DNA from: the human T2T-CHM13v2.0 reference genome, Homo sapiens
DNA length: 64,000 bases
Direction: 5' to 3' (one strand)
NCBI RefSeq assembly: GCF_009914755.1
Contig: NC_060940.1
Positions within the stretch are counted from its first letter, which is position 1. Every line of letters begins with the position of its first letter. This document shows, one piece after another, positions 30,960 to 64,000 of the stretch. The position numbers and the translations under genes were made by a program. The notes under the pieces are model-generated. The model did not search any database and was not told where the DNA came from. It worked only from the letters and a program-made list of their open reading frames with translations.

Positions 30960-31889
30960 TCAACAGCCAGGGACGGAGGGATCCAGTCTGAGAAAAGCCA
31001 GCATCAGGGACTACTTCAGTCCTCATAGAAATCACTGCCAATGGCTTTGGCTACCTCCTGTGTCCTGGATTATGTCTCTGCAGCTTCCCGTCTCCCGGAC
31101 GCCTCCCTGAGTCCCTGTGTATGAGTGACTTAGTGTTACAGGCTGGGTGAGGAGCTTTGCAGGGATTTAGCTTTTCTCAGGGCCACCTGCCCTCAGGCTT
31201 CCTGGGCCCTCATACTTCTTCTTGTTTATATCTTATCTGCCTTTGGGGGAATGACCTTAGAGGAATTGGTGTGAGTAAGCCATGAGGTTCTTGGTCCACT
31301 TCCATCCAGCCAAGGGCAGCTGGCAGCTGGGCACTTACATCCAGCAAGGCAGAAGCAACCCTGGCTTTGAAGTCAGACTGCTAGGGTGAGTCTGAATGGC
31401 CTCGGGGAAAGTTCCCTCTGAGCCTTCGTTTTTTTCACTTGCGAAGGCGATAGTCTCGCCTAGCTTGAGGGTTTGTCAGGGGGATTCAGTGAGAACCTCA
31501 TTTGAAGCAGCTGCTTTAGTTCCTAACACCTAATAAATGTTTAACCACTTACCCTCCTCTCCCACCACCCTTTCAACTTTGAACCTCTTCCTCCATGTCA
31601 TCCCTTCTTAAGGCGCTGACCTTTTGGCCACAAAGAATGGCTCTTTTTGTTCCCATCAGGACTAGAATTCTTATCTTTTTGTTGCTTGGCCCTGGTAATC
31701 AAAGAACCACCAACACATTTGCAAGGCATCTCCAGCCTTCTCGTTCTGGCCGCCCCTCTCTGTCTTAGGGAGAGTGCTATACCGGTATGGTGATGAGATG
31801 AACGAAAGGGCAGTCTCTGGCTGTTTTCTGCTGATGAGGATGTGCTGAGCAGCCTCCTGCAAATGACAAGCAGGGAAAAGACCAAACTA

Positions 31890-32140
<251 letters not shown>

Positions 32141-32608
32141 TTACCCCCTCATTGTCACACCATATTCAGTTTTCTGTATATCCCACAAAGTAGCATGCTT
32201 TTTTGAAAGCAGGACACCGTGTTTACTTTCTCTTGACACCTAGCATAGTGTCTGCCACTACACAGGTTGTTCAATAAAATTATGTTCACTAAACAAATAC
32301 ATCTTGGTTGGAAGGAAGGGCATTATTCATTGCGTGCAGTACTGTATTTCATGGTTCCTGAGGTACCATATACCAGGATCACTACAGTTTGCTACAGGGA
32401 AAGTGATTAATTTTTAAGGAACAAAGCAAAAGTTAATGAAAAGCAACCCAGAGCTCTACACAGACTTGGCTTGCTGTCTTTGTAGCCACTGGAAACCCAA
32501 GTAGCCAGTACAGAATACAGTATGGAAAAATGAATTATTTTCCATTCCACTTGGGAAAGGAGAAAGAACCACTGTCGTTACTGGCGTTTGATGCATTTGA
32601 TGGCATGA

Positions 32609-39686
<7,078 letters not shown>

Positions 39687-40154
39687 CGGGTTTTCTGTTT
39701 TTTTTGTTGTTGTTGAGCAATGCTTTGTTTTGGGGCAGTGTTGTCACATTGATGAGACACCCCTCACCCCCCATGGCTGTGGAACACAGGTGTTGCTCAG
39801 CACTTGGTGTGTTCTTGGTCTTCTATAGATGATTGTCAGATGACTGAAGAACATGCCCTGTCTCACTGCATTATTTCCTGTGGTTGCAAATGATAGAAAA
39901 TTCTTTAGATTGATTTAAGAAAAAAAAAGATGAAGGACATTTATTTATTGACTCAAGTATCTAAGAAATCATCTTGGAGTTGAGCTGGATTCAGGGGGCC
40001 TGCCCTTCTCCCAAATCTGTCTCCATCTGTCATCCCTCAGCACCGCTTCTCTGTGGTTGGGTGTCTTTCCAGGTGGGGGGTCTCTACATGATGGGGTGGA
40101 AAATGGCCCCAAGTAGCTCCAGGTTTCCAGGATGATGAGAGATCCTACTTCTAG

Positions 40155-40370
40155 GACGGGGTCGGCACACTCCCTCCTTATGGGTCATATTATAGGGTTT
40201 GTGAGCCATGCAATCTCCATCGCAGTGACTCAGCTCTGCCACTGGAGCAGAAACTCAGCCACAGACCATATGGGAGCAAATGGGTGTGGCTGCGTTCCAA
40301 GACCACTGTGCTTACAAAAACAGTTTGGAGGCCAAATTTGACCCCCAGGCCATTGTTTGCTGACCTCAGC
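40155..40370. mobile_element. MER58A-like hAT DNA transposon
   Basis: ggggtcggca...actcagctctgccactgg...aaatgggtgtggctgcgttcca...gtttgctgacc. Confidence 0.75.
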
Positions 40371-40437
40371 TCCTGGAGGAGACAAGGCCTCTTTTCTGGT
40401 GGCTCTGGTAGAACTTGTGCGAAGGGACCCTGTGGTC

Positions 40438-40570
40438 CAGGGCTGAGACTGGGGTGAGGTTAGTGACACACTCACTTTGGCCACAAAATTGAAGGCGGTA
40501 CCAAAAAACTTATCAATCAAGATAAATACTATTTTTATGTAATATTAAAAAAAAATGAAAGTTGCATATG
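40438..40570. mobile_element. MER91-like hAT fragment
   Basis: cagggctgagactggggtgagg...caaaatt...ccaaaaaactt...aatcaagataaata. Confidence 0.6.
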
Positions 40571-40715
40571 CCATGGTTCCGGCCAGTTAATTGCCTGCCC
40601 TGGGTTAGCTGTCCACCCCTGCAGTAGGGGGAGGTTAGGATAGTGCTGAAGGATCCCAGTGGAATGTGTTTCCCATAGGAAAGAGGGGTGGTCTTACTAG
40701 AAGAAAGGGAAAGGG

Positions 40716-45790
<5,075 letters not shown>

Positions 45791-45922
45791 ATCTCCTACC
45801 TTTTCCATGCTAAGGGGATACTCTGTTACAATCTCCAACATTGCCTAGAGGCTTTGTGTGTTCCTCTCCCAGTGCTGAGTGCCCCAGGCCGAGTGCCAGG
45901 CGCCTGCACCCTCTCTCCGTAG

Positions 45923-46104
45923 AGCCCGTGTTCTGGTACTACGTGAAGGAGGTCCTCAACAAGCACGAGCTGCAAGCGCTTCTACTCCCTGCGCCACATC
46001 GCCTCAGACGTGGGCTGGGGCCGCGCCTGGCTGCGCTGTGCCCTCAACGAACACTCCCTGGAGCGCTACCTGCACATGCTCCTGGCCGACCGCTGCAGGC
46101 TCAG
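45923..46104 (+). pseudogene. SNX29P2: SNX29-derived exon (182 nt; RUN domain; +1 A insertion at ~45974)
   Basis: ctccgtag|AGCCCGTG...GGCTCAG|gtacgt. Removing one A from CTGCAAGCGC restores LQRFYSLRHIASDVG. Confidence 0.92.
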
Positions 46105-46702
46105 GTACGTGGCCGGGATGGGACCTGGAATGGGATGGAGCAAGGGGTGAAGATCTTGGAGTCTGTAGTCAGACCACCTGGATTTTCATCCTAGTTCCCC
46201 GATCTGGGGCAAGTGGGCCTCCCTCTGACAGCTCCGGAGTGTTCTGCTGAGCTGTGGAGAAACTTGGGGGAGAATCATTGAGAGACTGCCTGTAACGGGC
46301 TCGGCATGGCACTTGCATACAGCCAGCTTGGATGTGGAGAGAGCTGTTGTCCTAGGACATAGCTTCCTCTTCACTTTCTGGATTTTTTTTTTTTTTTTTT
46401 TTTTTTAAAGACAGGGTCTTGCTTTGTTTCCCAAGTTGGAGTGCAGTGGCATGAACACGGGTCATTGTAGCCTGGACCTCCCTGGCTCAAGCAATCCTCC
46501 CACCTCAGCCTCCTGAGCAGCTAGGACCCTAAGTGTATGCCACCCTGCCTGGCTAATTTAAAAAATTGTTTTGTAGCGATGGGGTCTCAGTGTGTTGCCC
46601 AGGCTGGCCTCGAACTCCTAGGTTCAAGTAATCTTCCCGCCTCAGCCTCCCAAAGTGCTGGGATTACAGGTATGAGCTACCATGACAGGTGCAGAATTTT
46701 AA

Positions 46703-46903
<201 letters not shown>

Positions 46904-48631
46904 TGAGTAGCTGGGATTACAGGCGTGTACCACCATACCCAGCTGATTTTTTGTATTTTTAGTGCGTACGGGGTTTAATCATGTTGGCCAGGCTGGTCTC
47001 GAACTCCAGACCTCAGGTGATCCGCCTAGGCCTCCCAAAGTGCTGGGGTTACAGGCGTGAGCTACTGTGCCTGGCCGTGGCCATTACTTTTGCTCTGAGA
47101 ATGGTGGACTAGACAAGTTGTTTTGTGTCCTTGAGTGATACGGAGTGACCCTGATGAATCCTGTTCTGGTTCCTTAAGTAACTTCCTGATCAGCACCGCC
47201 CAGATCTTCAACAGTGAAATTTCACTGAATTCAATAAGTGGGCAGTTTGTGAGTAGTGTGGCATGTTCCCTTGATTTTATATCTTGCCCTGTGTTCCCTA
47301 GTTTAGGTCTCCTCTTCTGCTTTATCTACTGCTGTGGTCACCTCTCTACTGGTAATGTCTCAGATCTTCTGGGATTGTGCACTGGGGCTCTTAAAAATAC
47401 CCTTAAAGTTCTCTGTTGCCTGTGGCTCCTTGTTCAATTGTATGGCAAGACTCTATGTGTCCAAAATGGGAGGGCTTGGGAGCCAGGAGGACTGACACTG
47501 ACGACACCTGTGTACTGCTCACGGTCAGAGTTCGGAGGCTGAGAATGTCTGGACCTCTAGGGCATTAACCAGCTTTAGTTAAGGAAAACACACTCCTGTT
47601 TCTTTCTTTCCTTTTTTTGGAGAAGAAGTCTCGCTTTTTTGCCTAGACTGGAGTGTAGTGGTGCGATCTTGGCTCACTGTAACCTCTGCCTCCTGGGTTC
47701 AAGCGATACTCCTTGCCTCAGCCTCCCTAGTAGCTGGGTCTACCAGTGCCCGCCACCATGCCTGGTTAATTTTTGGTATTTTTAGTAGAGACGGGGTTTC
47801 ACCATGTTAGCCAGGATGGTCTCAATCTCCTGACCTCGTGATCCTCCCACCTCGGCCTCCCAAAGTGCTGGGATTACAGGTGTGAGCTACTGTGTCTGAC
47901 CTACTCCTTTTTTTTGAAGTGAATTTCTGTGAAGCTCCTTCCAGCATATCATTTACGGGTAGTTCAGAGTTACATACTCAGTCTCAAAGTTGAAGTGACC
48001 AACAAGGAGAAGTCAGTCCAGCAGGTAAGAATCACAGTTGACTTTACCTGTATCACCAGCCACTTCCCTAGCTGGATGTTGGGAAAACACATTCATTTAG
48101 ATGCGTGAAAACGGGCTCAGATTTTTAAAGGATTATGATTTTAGGAATCAGGTGCAGTCAGAATGTCAGCTTGAGCATGTGGTTTGTACGTCTACTAACA
48201 TTTTCTGGGAAAGTATATTGGAAATGCTCCTCTTCTTTCTTTCTGTCAGTTGTATTCAGTCACTTCAGTGGCTAATTTTTCCAGTCTCTCACCCAACTAC
48301 AGGTCATGTATCCCTGACTTTGCTTTAGTGAAATTGACTTTTTCCTTGATTAATTTAGAATTCAATGACCTGGCGGGGAAGTTATGGCACTGGGGATTTT
48401 TGGTTTCCATTGCTTAACAGGAAGTCAGAGAGAGCTTGGAAGCTGGACTCGGGAGACCTGCTTTTAAGCCCTGGCTGGACCATTTATTGGCTAGATGACC
48501 TTGGACAGGCCCTGTAGGCTTCCTTGACACCCCTACCCCAACTGCCATCTAGATTTGTGGGGCATTTTTAGCCTCCTAGCCTTTTCCAAGGATAATGTGG
48601 GCTTTCAGGCCTGTAACCTAGGCAGGCATTA

Positions 48632-48674
<43 letters not shown>

Positions 48675-48817
48675 TTGAGGTGGAGTCTCGCTCTTTCGCC
48701 CAAGCTGGAGTACAGTGGCGCAATCTCTGCTTACCAAGCCTCTGGGTTCAAGCGACTCTCCTGCCTCAGCCTCCCGAGTAGCTGGGATTACAAGCACCTG
48801 CCACCATGCCCAGCTAA

Positions 48818-48967
<150 letters not shown>

Positions 48968-49409
48968 TAAATGCCCTGGTTGATGAAGCCATAGAGGCTC
49001 TGTAATTTCTGTCTGAAATGGTCTCTTCTTGTATTAGGCAAATCAGGCGAGCCCTGTTGGCAGGCTTGGATTTCCTGTCTGTCTCTTGGGGACATTGCTT
49101 GAGTGGAAGTCACCCACCTGACTGCTCCGTTCCACTTTGCTGCTTTATAAATACATTTACATATCATGTCTATTTTAGTACTCTAAAGCTGAGGGTCGGG
49201 GGGGACCAGCGAGGAAGTTGTAGGATGTATGTGTTCAATCTTCTGTTTGTAACCAGAAGCTTTAAACCAGCAGAGACCTCAGACAAATCATATCCCTCCT
49301 GGGGTGACCAGGTGCAGATCTTCCAGGGAGCCGTCTAATGGAATTTCCTGGTTAATGGACACAGAGAACCACTGCTAAGAACGATTTCCTTTTCTCTTTC
49401 AATCTGCAG

Positions 49410-49480
49410 TACTTTTTATGAAGACTGGTCTTTTGTGATGGATGAAGAGAGGTCCAGTATGCTTCCTACCATGGCAGCAG
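49410..49480 (+). pseudogene. SNX29P2: SNX29-derived exon (71 nt)
   Basis: tctgcag|TACTTTTTATGAAGACTGG...GCAGCAG|gtaagc. Confidence 0.93.
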
Positions 49481-49705
49481 GTAAGCCTGGCCCAGATCAG
49501 GGCGCCAGGCCTTGTGACACATGGCAGAGGGGCTGCCTTGGGGCAGTTCCACAGCGCCATGGAATGTTGTGATTCTTCTGTCCCTCAACAACTCAATGAG
49601 TCACTTGCTGCTGTCCTTCTTTTACTAGCACTGAATGTTGGTTTTTAAATTTTTATTTCTTTAAAGAGAGAGCCTCACTCTGTCACCCAGGCTGGAGTGC
49701 AGTGA

Positions 49706-49972
<267 letters not shown>

Positions 49973-50584
49973 TGAGACCCTGGCAGAGAAAGCGAAGATT
50001 TGAAGGTTTTTAGTTGGGCTTTGGAGATGTAATATGCATTGCGGGGAATTGGAGGTGGGAGACCTATCTTTGAATCCTGGCTTTACTCCTTGCTACCTGG
50101 TGACCTGGGGCAGATGCCGTAAGCTTTGCTGCCTTTTCTTTCCTCTCTGTGAGGTGGGAATCATGCTGTCTCAGCAGTCATCTTCATGGGGCTGTGAGAG
50201 AATCATGTGAGATCAGGAGTCGCACACACGACGAATCAACATGGAGAGACCCTGGGTTGATGTTAGTCGGTGGACTGTTACATTGTTCACCCTTTGACTC
50301 AAAGGGTGAAGGTGGAATCAGCTGGACTGAAGTGGGCAACTTGCTTCCTCTTTCCAAGTTCTTTGTTGCCTCCTTTTTGTTTTTCCTTGAAAATTTATAC
50401 TAAACTCATATATCTGGGCTTATGTTAGTCCTGTCCATTGATGAGAAAAAGAATTTGACCATGATTTCCTTTGTAGATCATAAGATGCCCAGTGTAAGTT
50501 TCTGTCCACATTAATGATGATGATGTTACCAGTGCACATTTGATGGTTTATGGAGCTGAGTGTTTTGTGAGAGATTGCCTTTAA

Positions 50585-50992
<408 letters not shown>

Positions 50993-51394
50993 TAGTAGGT
51001 GGCAGTGCTGGGATTTACCCCCAGGCAGCCTGATCCCGGGACTTGTGCCTTTACCTCCTCCCAGTTGAATTCTTATTCATATTCATCTTCCTGGCTGTTA
51101 GGGAGAGAATGTGGCATGACTCAACTCCCATGATAACGGATGTCTGCTGACCCCAGTTTCATGGGAGGTTGTTTTTTTTTTTTTTTTTGAAGCCGAGTCT
51201 TGCTCTGTCACCCAGGCTGGAGTGCAGTGGCACGATCTTGGCTCCCTGCAACCTCTGTGTGGCAGGTATTTTTATACCTATTTAAGATCAACGTGTCTCC
51301 TCTTCTGTAATCTGTTGTCTGCAGCTGTCTTCTCTTATTGGTGGTATGACTGCCCATCAGCAAGCACTCCAGACTTTTCCCTTTTTTTGGACAG

Positions 51395-51640
51395 GTCCGA
51401 ACTCCATACTCTTTGCGATTAACATTGACAACAAGGATTTGAACGGGCAGAGTAAGTTTGCTCCCACCGTTTCAGACCTCTTAAAGGAGTCAACGCAGAA
51501 TGTGACCTTGCTGAAGGAGTCCACGCAAGGAGTGAGCAGCGTGTTCAGGGAGATCACAGCCTCCTCTGCCATCTCCATCCTCATCAAACCTGAACAGGAG
51601 ACCGACCCCTTGCCCGTCGTGTCCAGGAATGTCAGTGCTG
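51395..51640 (+). pseudogene. SNX29P2: SNX29-derived exon (246 nt)
   Basis: ttggacag|GTCCGAAC...AGTGCTG|gtgagt. Confidence 0.93.
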
Positions 51641-52197
51641 GTGAGTGGGAACTGGTGCTCGAGGCGGAGCAGAGGGAATCAGAATGTGGCTGATGGGGTG
51701 GACATACCTCATCATCTGAAAGTCATTCCAAGGGGAATGGAGTCCAGTGCACTTGCGTTTTCCATTTGTGTTTCTGTTTCTCATCCTCATTCACTCTGAA
51801 AGGGCTCTGATGGCCTTACCTAGATGTGAGAATTGCTGGGTGGAAAAATGAACAGCTCAACCAGAGCGAATGGAAAGTGAGGGTGTGAGAGACACCGGGA
51901 GCCAGATGACGTTGATCCTCATTCATTCATTCCTTTATTTGTTCCTTCATCGTATTCTGTGTGTTAGGCGGTGAGCCGAATAGGAAAGACAGATTGCCAG
52001 CAGGTAGCCTGCAGTCTCCTTTGGGATGGGTGTGGGTGGGTAGTTCATGACAAAATATATAATTTAGGATCCTTAGGATAAAAGGGATGAAAGCCAAGCA
52101 TAGACTGCTATGGGGAACATCTGCCATTGGGCTTGCCTCTGATTGGGGATGGCATTTAAGGCCTCAGGAAAGAGAGGAGTTGTCAGGTTTGACTCTA

Positions 52198-52350
<153 letters not shown>

Positions 52351-52354
52351 TTAA

Positions 52355-52615
<261 letters not shown>

Positions 52616-52722
52616 TAAAGTGCTAGGATTACAGGCGTGAGCCACTGTGTCCAGCCTGTTTTTAAAAAATTTTAATTAAAAAATTAAATATAAAAAAAGA
52701 AAGTTGATTCAGTTAAGATTAA

Positions 52723-52968
<246 letters not shown>

Positions 52969-53626
52969 TAGTATTCTCAAATCTCTTAAACAAGGCAGTA
53001 ACTGTGGCCATCCCTTTGGAATTATTGATGGTGACCCTGCATGAACCTTGTAGGAGATAGGGCTGTTGACAGCTTTGTGTAACAGACACTGAAATTTCTA
53101 CACCCACAGGAGTAGCAGTCCCACCCATTTTTGGAACTGCTTTTGAGGTGATCTCAGAGTTGTGCTATACCAGTGAGGCCTCACCACATCACACATTGGT
53201 TTAGACAGATTGGGTTTTTGGAATTGGCTCAAAGTGTCTTACATCCAAGTGTGATGATTAAAATAGGGGCACAAAGTGTCTTCTGTGAGAGCTGGTCACT
53301 AAGGCAAGCTTGATTTCTTTTTCAGTTAGCATTTGCTATATAACAAGTGATTTAAAAATGTAGTGGCTTAAAACCACCGCAGTTCGTTACTTTTTTGTGT
53401 AGGTTGGCATGGTGGCTCTGCTGCTGGGCTCCTTCGGCTCACTCATGGGAGCTCGTGGTTAGATTGGAAGATCTAAGATGGCCCCATCCACATGTCTGGA
53501 ATCAGTGCTGGGGCTGCTCAGATTCTACTCATGGACTCTCATCCTCCAGTCGGCTGAACTGGCTTCTTTATGTATGGGGTCAGGGCCACTGTCCAGGAGA
53601 GCAAAGGCAAAGCTGAGACCTTTTAA

Positions 53627-54045
<419 letters not shown>

Positions 54046-54821
54046 TAGGAGGCTGAGGTGGGAGTATTGCTTGAGGCCAGGAGTTTTGAGACTAGCTTGG
54101 GAAGCACAGCAAGACCTCATCTCTACAAATAATAATAAAATTAGCTGGGTGTTGTGGCATGCACCTGTAGTCCCAGCTACTCGGGAGGCTGAGGGCAGAG
54201 GATTGTTTGATCCCAGGAATTTGAGGTTACAGTGAGCTATGATTGCACCAATATACTCCAGCCTGGGCAATAGAGCGAGATGCCCCAACTCTTAAAAAAA
54301 AAAAAAAAAAGGCAGAGCACTACGCCAGCCAGATTCAAGAGGGTGCAGAAATAGACATCACCTCTGGCTGGGAGGAGCCACAAAGACCCATTGCAAAGGG
54401 GCATGGCACAGGAATGGCAGGAATTTGAGGCTGCTCAACACTTGACTACACCCCCCAGCTGGTTCTCCTGGTCTCATCTACCAGCTATGAGAATATTTTC
54501 CAAAGTGAAGCATTGAAGATCATTTTGGTAATGGTAGCATCCTTCACATCAAAGTGACTGCTTGGAAGGAACAGTTTCAAGGTGTGCTCTGTGGTGTGTT
54601 TATTTAAATCAGTGGGAGAGGCCTGCATCCATTCTGCTCAATCTTCTGTACACAGATTTTCACTGAGGATTTTAAAAAGTCTGAATTCATGTTACAGTGT
54701 ATTTCTCACTAGAATAGTATTTTCCACAACCTGGAAGTGAGTTGGTTTCATCATCCTTTTGTCTTGCCTACTTTTTCTTATACTGTATCTTTTCTTTTTT
54801 TTCTTTTTTTTTTTTTGCCAG

Positions 54822-55657
<836 letters not shown>

Positions 55658-56029
55658 TAGGAGTGTTATTTGGAAGGAGTGTTATTTGCTCTTCCCTTGA
55701 GAACTGAAAGAGGGGAAGAGAGTACATTTGAGGGCACTTAATACAAAGTTAATGTCAGAATGTGTGCCTTGAAATTCTTGCTTTATACATACATCTGTAA
55801 TTTTCATTTCACAGGGTTCACAGGGTTTCACAGTCTGATGAGACTGTGCCTGTTATTGTTTTTTATTTTTACTCTGGATTTTCCTTGCATCTGACTTGCC
55901 ACTAGCACAGGAAGCTCAGGACGAAGGCAGCGTTAGGAGAATAGTTGTGGTATGGTGACTTCTGTGTTTATCTGCAGGGGTGTGAATAGCTGTAATATCC
56001 ACTGCACCTGCTGCCTTAACAGTGGAGTT

Positions 56030-59035
<3,006 letters not shown>

Positions 59036-59192
59036 TAATAATAATAATTATTTTTTTTTGACAGAGACAAAAAATAATAATGATACTTTTTTTAAAAAAA
59101 GGAAAATGGGAGGTGATTGTAGAAGGTAGAGGATTTGGAGTGATAGTTCATTACAATTGTAATAAGGACCACAAGATGCTAAGAGTAATGAG

Positions 59193-60046
<854 letters not shown>

Positions 60047-60274
60047 CCCAGTGAAACCTCATCTGTAAGACCTCTGAGCCACCAGTATCCACGGGGCTTG
60101 TCCTATAACAGCTCCTGTGCAATCCAGTAACCTTGAACACTGGAAGCCACTGAGCCCTTCTGTGAGTAGATGCACACCTCTGAGGCTAAGATTACTGGTG
60201 TACTCATTGGGACCAGTTTGGTCTCAGTGACTGAAAACTCAACCCAAACTTGTTCATTTGGAAAGGAAAAGTCA

Positions 60275-63810
<3,536 letters not shown>

Positions 63811-64000
63811 TCTGGGGAGCACGTGGGGGAGGGACTAGTGCATCACAGCCTAATTGAACGAGCAGGAGACTGCCATGGGATGAGGCCAGGCCCAACTGTG
63901 TCAGTCCCTCTGGGTCATTCTAAGGACTTCGGATTCTATCCTGAATGCATGAGGAAACCCTTGAAGGCCTTAAGCAGAGAGTGACATGGTCTGATTTTCT

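Overview
Primate (almost certainly human) genomic DNA, very Alu-dense, with no intact protein-coding gene and no CpG-island promoter. It is a mosaic of segmental duplications of the chromosome 16p low-copy-repeat type, most likely the SNX29P2/RUNDC2C locus or a paralogue. From left to right: (1) the 5' 4.46 kb of an inactivated L1PA5-7-like LINE-1 on the minus strand (ORF1 and ORF2 broken, antisense ORF0 still open), nested in older L1 debris; (2) a GC-rich block with three internal BANP (SMAR1) exons and their introns on the + strand (16434-21417), rich in minisatellites; (3) a junction zone at about 30-32 kb with a ~130 bp inverted duplication and broken Alus; (4) four consecutive internal SNX29 exons on the + strand (45923-55197), with a +1 frameshift in the first and an antisense Alu that could serve as a terminal exon (59670-59754). 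The main hypothesis is a stitched transcription unit: L1 antisense promoter/ORF0, then BANP exons, then SNX29 exons, then the Alu exon, all co-oriented. Gene identities rest on my recollection of the BANP and SNX29 proteins. Repeat subfamilies were called by eye and their boundaries are approximate; no searches were run.
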